Assembly: GCA_021732605.1 (NCBI GenBank)
Contig: JAKFUS010000021.1
Location: forward strand, 10,186 to 74,185
Length of the DNA: 64,000 bases
Reading direction: 5' to 3'
DNA from: Betaproteobacteria bacterium
Lineage (GTDB): Bacteria > Pseudomonadota > Gammaproteobacteria > Burkholderiales > SG8-41
Shown: positions 1-8,757 of the stretch, piece by piece
Layout: each line of letters opens with the position of its first letter
Position numbering within the stretch: the stretch's first letter is position 1
Notes under the pieces: model-generated
The model's database searches: none
What the model was told of the DNA's origin: nothing
The model's input: the letters and a program-made list of their open reading frames with translations, nothing else
Program-made: the position numbers and the translations under genes

Positions 1-6
1 CGCGCG

Positions 7-1116
7 GTGAAAAAGGATCTGAAAAAAATCGGCCTTGCCATCATCGGTGCCGGCCGTGTCGGCCTGATCCGCGCCGAACTCGCCGCGCGCCATCCCTCGG
101 TGGGCTGGATCGGCATTGCCGAACTGAATCCCGAGCGCGGCGAAATCGTCCGCGAAAAATGCGGCGGCGATTTTGTCACCACCGATTACCGTGAGCTGCT
201 GGCGCGCCCCGAGGTCAATGCCGTCGCCATTTGTACGGACGAACACCTGCACGTCGATCCGGTGATCATGGCGGCAGAACGCAAGCTGCCGATGCTGATC
301 GAAAAACCGCTGGCCACCGACCTTGGCGAATCGGCGATGACACTGGCTGCCATCGAAAAATCCGGCGTAGACGCGGTGATCGGCTACACCCAGCGTTTCC
401 GCCGCCGCTGGCTGGTGGCCAAGGAAAAAGTCCGCACCGGTTCGCTGGGTGACGTGACCATGGTGACCTCGCGCGCGTTCATGAACCGCCTGGTGGCGAT
501 CGACAACTACAAACGCAGCGACAACCGCGCTGAAGTGACGCCGATGGTGATTTCCGGCACCCACGCGCTGGATATCGTGATGTGGCTGATGGAAACCAAG
601 AAACCGGTCGAGGTTTATGCGCGCTCGGTGAACAAGGCGCTGGGTCCGACGTGGCAAGGCGTGGACGGTACCGGTTACACGATTTCCTTTGATGACGGCG
701 CGATTTACCACGGCGTCATTTCCTGGGCGCTGCCCGAGGTCTGGCCCGGCGCGGTCTACAGCCTGGAAGTCGGCGCTGTCGGCACCGAAGGCGTGCTAAC
801 CATCGACGACACGCATCGCGACATCATCCTCGCCACCAACCTGATCCAGGGCGAAGGTTACGCACCGGACAAACGCCGCCACGTCGATTTCCTGACCAGC
901 TATCCGGTCGGTGACATGGCGCTGGGCGAACTGCGCGGACCGATGCGCGAAGAAACCAATTCGTGGTTGAATCGGGTGTCGCTGGGCGTACCGACGCAAC
1001 ACGCCACCGCAGCGGAAGGCCATAATCGCCTGATGCTGACCAAGGCCATCGATCTGTCGGCAAGACTGAAGCGTCCGGTGAAATTGCCGATCGCTCCAGG
1101 CGAAGAAAAAGCTTAA
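7..1116 (+). CDS. Gfo/Idh/MocA family NAD(P)-dependent oxidoreductase
   Basis: 369-aa ORF with an N-terminal Rossmann motif (IGLAIIGAGRVG) and the family EKPLA motif. GTG start at 7, but the frame is open to the window edge, so the start could lie upstream. Confidence 0.8.
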   Translation: MKKDLKKIGLAIIGAGRVGLIRAELAARHPSVGWIGIAELNPERGEIVREKCGGDFVTTDYRELLARPEVNAVAICTDEHLHVDPVIMAAERKLPMLIEKPLATDLGESAMTLAAIEKSGVDAVIGYTQRFRRRWLVAKEKVRTGSLGDVTMVTSRAFMNRLVAIDNYKRSDNRAEVTPMVISGTHALDIVMWLMETKKPVEVYARSVNKALGPTWQGVDGTGYTISFDDGAIYHGVISWALPEVWPGAVYSLEVGAVGTEGVLTIDDTHRDIILATNLIQGEGYAPDKRRHVDFLTSYPVGDMALGELRGPMREETNSWLNRVSLGVPTQHATAAEGHNRLMLTKAIDLSARLKRPVKLPIAPGEEKA

Positions 1117-1120
1117 TAAA

Positions 1121-1156
1121 GATATTATAAAATATCAATAAAAACAAATACTTATA
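1121..1156 (-). repeat. AT-rich recurrent element, copy A (reverse orientation)
   Basis: The reverse complement reads tataagtatttgtttttattgatattttataatatc. It shares the 21-nt core ATAAGTATTTGTTTTTATTRA with copies at 6684, 9910 and 48481. It lies in the 60-nt Gfo-Bug intergenic spacer. Confidence 0.8.
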
Positions 1157-1176
1157 TACACCAAAGGAGAAAACCA

Positions 1177-2154
1177 ATGAAACATTGCAAGCGCACTGCC
1201 CTGGCTGCCGCACTGTCCCTGCTCGCCTGCGGCACTGCATTCAGCGCAGACAACTATCCCAACCGCCCGGTGCGCATGGTCGTGCCGTTTGCGCCGGGTG
1301 GCGCTTCGGACTTCGTCGGCCGCATCATCCAGCCGGCGATGGCGGATCTGCTGAAACAGCAGGTGGTTGTCGATAACCGCCCGGGCGCCGCCGGCAACAT
1401 CGGCGTGGAAGTCGGTGCCCGCGCCAGCCCTGACGGTTACACCTTCATTCTTGGCAATGTCGGCACGATGGCGATCAATCCGGTGTACTACACCAAGTTC
1501 CCGTACAAACCGCTGAGAGACCTGATCCCGATTACGCAACTGGTCGACGTGCCGGGCAGCCTGGTGGTGCATCCCGCATTGCCGGCAAAATCAGTGAAAG
1601 AACTGGTTGCCTATATGAAGGCCAACCCGAACAAGCTCAACTTTGGCTCGCCGACGGCGAGCAGCGCCAATTCGCTGGAAGCGCGCATGTTCCTCAATGT
1701 CACCGGCACCAGTGCTACTGAAGTGCCCTACAAGGGCGGCGCCGGTCCGGCCACTGTCGGCCTGCTGGCCAATGAAGTGCAGTTCATGTTTGCCACTTTT
1801 TCTTCAACGCTGACCTTCGCCAAGCAGAACCGCCTGCGCATGCTGGCCATCGTCGCACCGGAACGCAGCTCCGCCATGCCCGACGTGCCGACCATGCGTG
1901 AACAGGGTTTCAACATGGTGGTTGGCTCCTGGCAGGGGCTGTTTGTGCCCAAAGGTACGCCGACACCGGTGGTCAACACCCTCTTCAAGGTTGGCCAGGA
2001 CGCCATGAAGGATGCCACTGTCAACAAGCGTCTCGGCGACAGTGGTGTCGCCGTCGTCACCAGCAAGAGTCCTGCGGATTTCACCGCCTTTGTCAAAGGC
2101 GAGACCGAGCGTTTCGGCAAGGTGATCCGCGACTCCAACATCCAGACCGAATAA
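1177..2154 (+). CDS. Bug/TctC family tripartite tricarboxylate transporter substrate-binding protein
   Basis: 325 aa with a signal peptide, then the family hallmark YPNRPVRMVVPFAPGGASD. RBS aaggag lies upstream. Confidence 0.85.
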   Translation: MKHCKRTALAAALSLLACGTAFSADNYPNRPVRMVVPFAPGGASDFVGRIIQPAMADLLKQQVVVDNRPGAAGNIGVEVGARASPDGYTFILGNVGTMAINPVYYTKFPYKPLRDLIPITQLVDVPGSLVVHPALPAKSVKELVAYMKANPNKLNFGSPTASSANSLEARMFLNVTGTSATEVPYKGGAGPATVGLLANEVQFMFATFSSTLTFAKQNRLRMLAIVAPERSSAMPDVPTMREQGFNMVVGSWQGLFVPKGTPTPVVNTLFKVGQDAMKDATVNKRLGDSGVAVVTSKSPADFTAFVKGETERFGKVIRDSNIQTE

Positions 2155-2188
2155 CTGTTGTCCGTTTAACCCGACCAAGGATGCAAGG

Positions 2189-3298
2189 ATGAAACTCGGA
2201 ACGTTCATGATGCCGCTCCACCCGCCCGGGAAGAGCTATCCGCAATCACTGCGCGAGGACCGCGAGGCGATCATCCTCGCCGACAAGCTGGGCTTTGATG
2301 AAGCCTATGTCGGAGAGCATGTCACGGATGCTGCGGAAACGGTCACGCACTGCATGACCTTTCTCGCCAGCCTGATCTCGGAAACCAAGCGCATCAAGCT
2401 TGGCACCGGCACCATCAACATTCCGTGTTCCCATCCCGCCGCCATCGCGGCGCAGGTCGCGATGCTGGACAACCTGCTTGAAGGCCGTTTCATCATGGGC
2501 ATCAGCCCCGGCGGCCTGGCCTCCGACGCTGAAGTGTTCGGCAACCTCGAACGCGACCGCAATGCGATGTTTGTCGAAGGCATCAACATGGTGCTGAAGA
2601 TCTGGGAATCCGAGCCGCCGTACAACCTCGAAGGCAAGTTCTGGAAAGTCACGACCGAAAAAACCATGATTCCGGAAATCGGCCAGGGCCGCATCCTCAG
2701 GCCCTTCCAGAAACCGCATCCATTGATCGTGGGTACCGTGGTCGCCCCCTTCTCCAAGGGCGTGATCGCAATGGCCGAGCGCGGCTGGCAGCCGATCTCT
2801 GCCAACTTCCTGATGCCGGAGTGGGTCAAGACGCACTGGCCCAACTACGCCGAAGGCAAGAAAAACATCGGTGAGGTGGCTAACACTGCCGACTGGCGCA
2901 TCGCCAAAAGCATTTTCGTCGCCGATGACGAAGCCACCGCGCAGCGCTATGGCAAATCGGCGGAAGGCCCCTACCATTTCTATTTCAAGCAGCTGGTGCG
3001 CAAGCTGGTTGGTTTCAGCGGCCGCGGCAACCTGTTCAAGGTCGACCAGAGCATGCCCGATTCGGCGATCACGCCGGAATACGTCACCGACAAGCTGGTG
3101 CTCGCCGGCACCGTCAACAGCGTGGTCGACCAGATCCTCGCCTTCCGCGAACAGGTCGGCGATTTCGGCATGCTGGTGTATGCCTGCCACGACTGGATTG
3201 ACCCCAAGCTGGCCAAACGTTCCATGGAACTGATGGCTGAAAAAGTGATGCCGGCGGTCAACGCCGCCATCGCCAAAAAAGGCAGCAAGGCCGCCTGA
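2189..3298 (+). CDS. LLM-class (luciferase-like) flavin-dependent oxidoreductase
   Basis: 369 aa. The N-terminus MKLGTFMMPLH, LGFDEAYVGEHV and an overall TIM-barrel LLM pattern support the call. Confidence 0.75.
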   Translation: MKLGTFMMPLHPPGKSYPQSLREDREAIILADKLGFDEAYVGEHVTDAAETVTHCMTFLASLISETKRIKLGTGTINIPCSHPAAIAAQVAMLDNLLEGRFIMGISPGGLASDAEVFGNLERDRNAMFVEGINMVLKIWESEPPYNLEGKFWKVTTEKTMIPEIGQGRILRPFQKPHPLIVGTVVAPFSKGVIAMAERGWQPISANFLMPEWVKTHWPNYAEGKKNIGEVANTADWRIAKSIFVADDEATAQRYGKSAEGPYHFYFKQLVRKLVGFSGRGNLFKVDQSMPDSAITPEYVTDKLVLAGTVNSVVDQILAFREQVGDFGMLVYACHDWIDPKLAKRSMELMAEKVMPAVNAAIAKKGSKAA

Positions 3299-3320
3299 AA
3301 CATTCGCAAGGAGCAACACG

Positions 3321-4319
3321 TTGTTCAACGTCGCAGTCGTCGGCATGGGCTGGTGGGGCAAGATCATTGTCCCGCTGCTCAAGACCAGCAAAAAAATCAA
3401 TGTCAGCACCGTCGTCGAGATCAATGCCGCGGGCATTGCCGATTTTGCAAAACAGCATGGCGTCAAAGTCGTCACCGACCTTCAGGATGTTCTGAAGGAT
3501 CCGGCCATCCAGGGTGTCGTGCTGTGCACCCCGCACACCCAGCACACCGAGCAGATCATTGCCGTTGCGAACGCCGGCAAACACGTGTTCTGCGAAAAAC
3601 CGCTGTCGATGACCCGTGCCGATGTGCTGCGCGCAATCAAAGCCGTCAATGACAACAAGGTGGCGCTGGCCGTGGGCCATGAACGGCGCTTCGAGCCACC
3701 TGTGCTGGAAGCCATGCGCATCATCCAGTCCGGGGAGCTTGGCACACCGCTGCAGGTTGAGGCCAATTTCAGCCAGGACAAATTCCTCGCACTGGCCGCT
3801 GACAACTGGCGGCTCTCCGGCAAAGAAGCGCCAGCCGGTCCGATGACGGCCACCGGCATTCATCTGCTTGATTTGTCCGTCGGCGTATTTGGCGAAGCCG
3901 AGCGCGTATTCGCCAGCGTCAAACAACTGGGCAGCCAGCTCGTGAACGGCGATACATTGGCGATTCTCGTGACGTTCAAGAACGGCGGCCATGCACTGAT
4001 CAGCGCAATACTCGCCACACCGTTCGAAGGGCGCTTCGCGGTGTACTGCAACAAGGGCTGGATCGAAGTGCGCGACAAAACCCATCCCGAAGCGCCGGAA
4101 GGCTGGGTGCTGACCAAGACACTGCGCGGCGGCAAGAAAGAAGTCCGTGAGTTCCCGCCGGCACCCAATGTGCTTGCCAACCTCGAAGCCTTTGCCGATG
4201 CCGCCGAAGGTCGTGCGCCCTACCCGGTGCCACAATCGCAGATGATTGCCAACATTTCCGCGCTGGAAGCGATCTTCAAATCAGCCTCCACCGGCACCAT
4301 CGTCAACGTCGAATCCTGA
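3321..4319 (+). CDS. Gfo/Idh/MocA family oxidoreductase (paralog of 6714..7682)
   Basis: 332 aa with VGMGWWGK Rossmann and CEKPL motifs. TTG start; the stop overlaps the next gene's start (ATGA-type junction at 4319). Confidence 0.8.
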   Translation: MFNVAVVGMGWWGKIIVPLLKTSKKINVSTVVEINAAGIADFAKQHGVKVVTDLQDVLKDPAIQGVVLCTPHTQHTEQIIAVANAGKHVFCEKPLSMTRADVLRAIKAVNDNKVALAVGHERRFEPPVLEAMRIIQSGELGTPLQVEANFSQDKFLALAADNWRLSGKEAPAGPMTATGIHLLDLSVGVFGEAERVFASVKQLGSQLVNGDTLAILVTFKNGGHALISAILATPFEGRFAVYCNKGWIEVRDKTHPEAPEGWVLTKTLRGGKKEVREFPPAPNVLANLEAFADAAEGRAPYPVPQSQMIANISALEAIFKSASTGTIVNVES

Positions 4320-5497
4320 TGGCCAAGACTGCGCCGACTCATTCCGATCTCAGCGAACGCGCACAGGCGCTGGTGCCGGTATTGCGCGAGCGTGCACCGC
4401 GCACGGAAGAGCTGCGACGCATCCCTGACGACACCATCAGCGACCTGCATGCCAGCGGCCTGTTCCGCATGCTGCAACCGAAACGTGTCGGCGGCAGCGA
4501 ATTGTCGTACGAGGCCATCGTTGAACTGTCGGCCATCATCGGCCGTGGTTGTGGTTCGACAGCCTGGGTACTGGCCAACCTCGCCAATCACCACTGGATG
4601 CTGGCGCTGTGGCCACGCGCTGCGCAGGATGAAATCTGGGGCCCGTCACCGGATGCACTGGTCGGCTCGGCGCTGATGTTCCCCGCCGGGCACGCCGAGC
4701 GCGACGGCAAAGGATTCCGTTTGTCCGGCCGCTGGAAATTTTCCAGCGGCATTGATGCCTGCGACTGGTGCATGCTCGGTGGCATTGCCAGCAGCGCCGA
4801 AGGCGAACTGCCGCAATATTATGTGTTCGTCGTGCCCAGGGCCGATTACAAAGTCATCGATACCTGGCATGTCGCGGGACTGCGCGGTACCGGCAGCAAG
4901 GATGTCGAGGTCAGCGAAATTTTCGTGCCTGCGCATCGCGCGCTGACTGTCGAGCAGATGAAAGGTGGTGTTGCGCCCGGCGGTGAAACCGCCCCGCTGT
5001 ATCGCCTGCCGGTGTTCGACATGTTTCCTTATGTGGTGGCCGGCGCTGCGCTGGGCATCGCCCAGGGCGCGATCGAAGAGTTCAGTGCCGACATCCGCCA
5101 CCGCATCACCGCCTACGCCACGACGCTGCTTGCCGACTATGCAACCACCCAGGCGCGACTGGGTCATGCGGCATCGGCGATCTCCGCTGCAGAACGCATC
5201 CTGATCGGCAATTGCAGGGAAGCCATGGCACTGGCAGCACACAATGCCGTGCCGGCGCGCGACCTGAAAATCCGCATGCGTCGCGACGGCGCCTACGCCG
5301 CGCATCTGTGCACCGAAGGTGTCGATCTGCTGTTCGGCGCCGGTGGTGGAGAGTTTCTTTACAACCAGCAGGTCATACAGCGCTCTTTCCGCGATATCCA
5401 CGCCGCAAACAGCCATTACGCGCTGGCCTGGGATATCGCCACCACGATGGCGGGTAAATCCCTGCTCGGCATTGCGGCCGACTTGCCTACCCTGTAA
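4319..5497 (+). CDS. Acyl-CoA-dehydrogenase-fold flavin-dependent monooxygenase, oxygenase component (HsaA / HpaH-C2-like)
   Basis: 392 aa. The N-terminal pattern (RAPRTEELRRIPDDTISDLHASGLFRMLQPKRVGG ... GSTAWV) resembles HsaA/C2-type two-component hydroxylases. A flavin reductase gene follows directly. Confidence 0.7.
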   Translation: MAKTAPTHSDLSERAQALVPVLRERAPRTEELRRIPDDTISDLHASGLFRMLQPKRVGGSELSYEAIVELSAIIGRGCGSTAWVLANLANHHWMLALWPRAAQDEIWGPSPDALVGSALMFPAGHAERDGKGFRLSGRWKFSSGIDACDWCMLGGIASSAEGELPQYYVFVVPRADYKVIDTWHVAGLRGTGSKDVEVSEIFVPAHRALTVEQMKGGVAPGGETAPLYRLPVFDMFPYVVAGAALGIAQGAIEEFSADIRHRITAYATTLLADYATTQARLGHAASAISAAERILIGNCREAMALAAHNAVPARDLKIRMRRDGAYAAHLCTEGVDLLFGAGGGEFLYNQQVIQRSFRDIHAANSHYALAWDIATTMAGKSLLGIAADLPTL

Positions 5498-5502
5498 CGC
5501 TG

Positions 5503-6024
5503 ATGGCTGATACACCGACCGCACCGGCCAGTCCGGAACTTGATCCGCGCGACTTTCGCAATGCGCTCGGCCTGTTCGCCACCGGCGTCACCATCGTCAC
5601 CACCAAAACCAGTGACGGCGAACCCATAGGCCTGACCTGCAATTCCTTCAGTTCGGTCTCGCTGTCGCCGCCACTGGTGTTGTGGAGCCTGTCGCTGCGC
5701 TCACCCAATCTGCCGAATTTTCTGCAGGCCACGCATTTCGCGATCAACGTGCTGGCGCATGACCAGATTCCGCTGTCGCAGCGTTTTGCCAAACCGGTGC
5801 CGCGCAAGTTCGAAGGCATTGCCCATGGTTTCGGCGCGCACGGCATGCCGCTGCTCGATGGTGCTGCGGCACAGTTCGAGTGCCGCACTGAAGCCCGGCA
5901 CTACAGCGGCGACCATGTGATATTCATCGGCCAGGTATTGCAATACAGCTATGCCGACCGTGCACCACTGGGTTATTTCCGCGGTTCTTATGCCGCGATA
6001 CAGCCCGTTTTGCAAAACTCCTGA
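5503..6024 (+). CDS. Flavin reductase family protein (reductase partner of the two-component monooxygenase)
   Basis: 173 aa. FRNALGLFATGVTIVTT and LTCNSFSSVSLSPPLVLWS are hallmarks of the flavin reductase-like domain. Confidence 0.8.
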   Translation: MADTPTAPASPELDPRDFRNALGLFATGVTIVTTKTSDGEPIGLTCNSFSSVSLSPPLVLWSLSLRSPNLPNFLQATHFAINVLAHDQIPLSQRFAKPVPRKFEGIAHGFGAHGMPLLDGAAAQFECRTEARHYSGDHVIFIGQVLQYSYADRAPLGYFRGSYAAIQPVLQNS

Positions 6025-6045
6025 TTCACCCTGAAAGGAATCGCC

Positions 6046-6681
6046 ATGACTCAGCGCATCCGCGGCATCACCGATGAGGAAGCCGTTGGGCCCGCCAGGG
6101 ATCTGTTCGACGCATCGAACAAAATGCTCGGCCGCACCGCCAACCTGATGCGCATCCTGTCGCACAGCCCGTATGTCGCGCGCTGGATCCTGCCCTTCAT
6201 CGCCGCGGTGCGCCAGCCCAATGCCGGTGCAGTATCGGATGTGCGCCTGCGCAACCTCGCGGTACTGAAGACTTCAACCATCAACGACTGTCATTACTGA
6301 ACGGAACACAATTACGTGCTTGGTCAAGCACTGGGTCTGAAAGACGAAGAGTTCGACGCCCTGAAAGGCGACTATCAGGCAAGTCCGCTGTTCAATGCCA
6401 AAGAGAAGGCGACCATCGCGTGGTCTGAGGCGATGACACTGAACACCGCGAAACGCGACAACAAGGCCTGGGATGCGATGCGCCGCGAATTCAATGACGC
6501 TGAAATCGTCGAAATCTCCCTCGCCTGTTCAATGTTCAACATGATCAACCGACTCAATGATTCCTTCCGCACCGAACTGGAGAGCGTGGAATACAACCGC
6601 CGCCAGCACGGCGCGGTCGGCGTCACCCGCGCAACGCTGGAAGAGTATGCCTGCCGGATTTGTGCAGCAAAGAGTGAATGA
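6046..6681 (+). CDS. AhpD/carboxymuconolactone-decarboxylase (CMD) family protein with an in-frame TGA at 6298-6300 (candidate selenocysteine codon; alternatively a nonsense pseudogene)
   Basis: ORFs 6046..6300 and 6316..6681 share one frame and are separated only by the TGA. Read-through gives 211 aa. The TGA replaces the second Cys of the CxxC motif (INDC-H-Y-TGA-T-E-H). Confidence 0.55.
6312..6334 (+). promoter_or_regulatory. SECIS-like RNA hairpin downstream of the in-frame UGA
   Basis: Perfect 6-bp stem gtgctt/aagcac (6316-6321 / 6326-6331) with apical loop ggtc (6322-6325), which starts 21 nt after the UGA. A possible lower stem forms with C6315 bulged. Confidence 0.45.
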
Positions 6682-6683
6682 CC

Positions 6684-6720
6684 TTATAAATATTTGTTTT
6701 TATTGATAATTTTATGATCA
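6684..6720 (+). repeat. AT-rich recurrent element, copy B (forward)
   Basis: ttataaatatttgtttttattgataattttatgatca. Its 3' end contains the ATG (6714) of the next gene, which has no recognisable Shine-Dalgarno sequence. Confidence 0.8.
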
Positions 6721-7682
6721 ATGCAGCTATCGTCGGACTCGGCTGGTGGGGCAAAAATATCGCCGATGCCGTGCAGGGCAAAAGCAACAAGCTGCACTTT
6801 GTGCATGGCGTGACCCAGGAACTCGACGCCACGCGCGAATACGCCAAGGCCAAAGGTTTCAGGCTGTCGGCGACGCTGGCAGAAGCTCTGGCGGACCCGG
6901 CAGTGCAGGCCGTGGTGCTGGCCACGCCCCACTCGCTGCATGCCGACCAGGTGGTGCAGGTGGCGCGCGCCGGCAAAGCCGTGTTCTGCGAAAAACCGCT
7001 GTCACTGGTCCGCACCGATGCCGAACGTGCGGTGGCCGCGTGCAAGGCTGCAAAAGTGCCGCTGGGTGTAGGCCAGAACAAACGCTTCTGGCCATCGATG
7101 GCGGAACTGCGCCGCGTCATTGCCAGCGGTGCGCTGGGCCGCGTCATGCACGTCGAAGGCCATTACAGCAACGAACACTCCAGTAAATTTTTTGCACCGT
7201 GGCGCGATCTGCCGGCCGAAACGCCAGGCGCCGGCATGACCGGCACCGGCATCCACATCCTTGATGCCTTTGCCAACATCGCCGGCCCGGCTGAGCAGCT
7301 CACCGCGCAGTTCATTGCCCATCGCAGCGGTGCCGATCCGCGCGACACGGTTTCCGTATTGTTCAGGTTCGCCAACGGCATCAGCGGTTTCCTTGGTGCC
7401 GTGCGCGCCTCCCCGCTGTATTTCCGCGTGCATGTGTTCGGCGATGAAGGCTCGGTCGAAGCGCTGGACGAAACGCGGACCATCATCCGCCTCAAGGGCG
7501 GCAGGACCGAAGTGAAGGATTTCGCGAAAATCGACTCAGTGCTGGCAGAGATGGATGCGTTTGCCGATGCGGTGGCGGGTGTGGCGCCCTACCCGATCAC
7601 CACCGATGAAATGGTAAACACCATTGCCTCATTCGAAGCCGTGATCCAATCGATTGCCGGGGGAAATACCGTCAGGCTGTAG
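6714..7682 (+). CDS. Gfo/Idh/MocA family oxidoreductase
   Basis: 322 aa with VGLGWWGK and CEKPLS motifs; a clear paralog of 3321..4319. Confidence 0.8.
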   Translation: MINAAIVGLGWWGKNIADAVQGKSNKLHFVHGVTQELDATREYAKAKGFRLSATLAEALADPAVQAVVLATPHSLHADQVVQVARAGKAVFCEKPLSLVRTDAERAVAACKAAKVPLGVGQNKRFWPSMAELRRVIASGALGRVMHVEGHYSNEHSSKFFAPWRDLPAETPGAGMTGTGIHILDAFANIAGPAEQLTAQFIAHRSGADPRDTVSVLFRFANGISGFLGAVRASPLYFRVHVFGDEGSVEALDETRTIIRLKGGRTEVKDFAKIDSVLAEMDAFADAVAGVAPYPITTDEMVNTIASFEAVIQSIAGGNTVRL

Positions 7683-7768
7683 TTCGCGAGTCGTCATAAC
7701 GTGGACGAACGCTTATCGGGCACCACAAAATCCCGTATTGTGCGCGCACGATCCTCGGGGAGATTCAA

Positions 7769-8737
7769 ATGCTGCTGCGGTTGGCTGTCGGTTTGGCATC
7801 TGTTTTGTTTTTTGCGGGCGCTGCCCAGGCCCAGCAACCCTACCCCAGTCGGGCCATTCGTGTGGTGGTTCCCTATCCGCCCGGCGGCGGCAACGACATC
7901 ATCGGCCGTATTGTTGCCGACGATCTCGGCAAGCGGCTGGGCCAGCAGGCGCTGGTGGACAACCGTCCCGGCGGCAGCACGGTCATCGGCGCGGAAATCG
8001 TCGCACGTGCAGCACCCGACGGCTACACGATCCTGGTCACCAGCCACACGACTTATGCGCTGATTCCCAATCTGCGAGCCAGGCTGCCGTACGATCCGCA
8101 GCGCGATTTCGAACCGGTGTCGCTGCTCGCCACACAATCGTTCGCGCTGGCGGTGCATCCGTCGTTGCCGGCGAACAGCGTCAAGCAGGTCATCGCACTG
8201 GCCAAAGCCAAACCCGGGCAACTGACTTTCTCTTCAGCAGGCGCGGGCACCGGTACGCATTTCTCCGGTGAGCAATTCAAGGTGCTGGGCAAACTGGACA
8301 TGCTGCATGTGCCGTATAAAGGTGGAAACACCGCGGTGAATGCGGTACTCAGCGGCGAAACCACGATGACTTTCGGCAGCTTGTCGGCACTGTCGCCGTA
8401 TGTCACCGCCAAAAAGCTGCGCGTGATTGCAGTGACCAGCGCAAAACGTTCGCCGCTGGATCCGAAGATTCCGACGATTGCCGAAAGCGGCCTGCCCGGT
8501 TACGAGATGACACCCTGGTACGGCTTGACCGTGCCCAAAGGTACGCCGCAGGCCATCGTCGAACGATTGAACACGACCATCATTACCGGGCTGCAGACGC
8601 GCGACATGCAGGAGCGCATGGCGCGCGTGGGTTACGAGCCCGAAGGCAGCACGCCGGCGCAACTGGCGGCACACATCAAGGCCGAACTGGCCCGTTATGC
8701 CGTGTTGATCAAGACCATCGGTTTCAAGGAGGAGTAG
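7769..8737 (+). CDS. Bug/TctC family substrate-binding protein
   Basis: 322 aa with a signal peptide followed by YPSRAIRVVVPYPPGGGND. Confidence 0.85.
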   Translation: MLLRLAVGLASVLFFAGAAQAQQPYPSRAIRVVVPYPPGGGNDIIGRIVADDLGKRLGQQALVDNRPGGSTVIGAEIVARAAPDGYTILVTSHTTYALIPNLRARLPYDPQRDFEPVSLLATQSFALAVHPSLPANSVKQVIALAKAKPGQLTFSSAGAGTGTHFSGEQFKVLGKLDMLHVPYKGGNTAVNAVLSGETTMTFGSLSALSPYVTAKKLRVIAVTSAKRSPLDPKIPTIAESGLPGYEMTPWYGLTVPKGTPQAIVERLNTTIITGLQTRDMQERMARVGYEPEGSTPAQLAAHIKAELARYAVLIKTIGFKEE

Positions 8738-8757
8738 GCGGCTTCAGGCAAGCGTCT

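Noticed and set aside
2246-3475. Long antisense or alternative-frame ORFs. Examples: 2246..3475(-), 3258..4235(-), 10952..12280(+), 12587..14002(+), 16996..17994(+), 21312..22142(+), 45310..46086(+), 48293..49372(+), 51144..52166(+), 55709..56488(-), 57671..58633(-).
   Set aside because: They lie opposite or out of frame to genes with clear family signatures. Their translations are Arg/Ala/Gly/Pro-rich low-complexity typical of GC-rich shadow ORFs, and they have no recognisable motifs.
6701-6720. A Fur-box-like GATAAT hexamer within element copy B (tattGATAATtttatgatca).
   Set aside because: Only one hexamer matches. Other copies have GATATT, AACAAT or AATATT at that position, so the resemblance is due to AT-richness, and no iron-related genes are adjacent.
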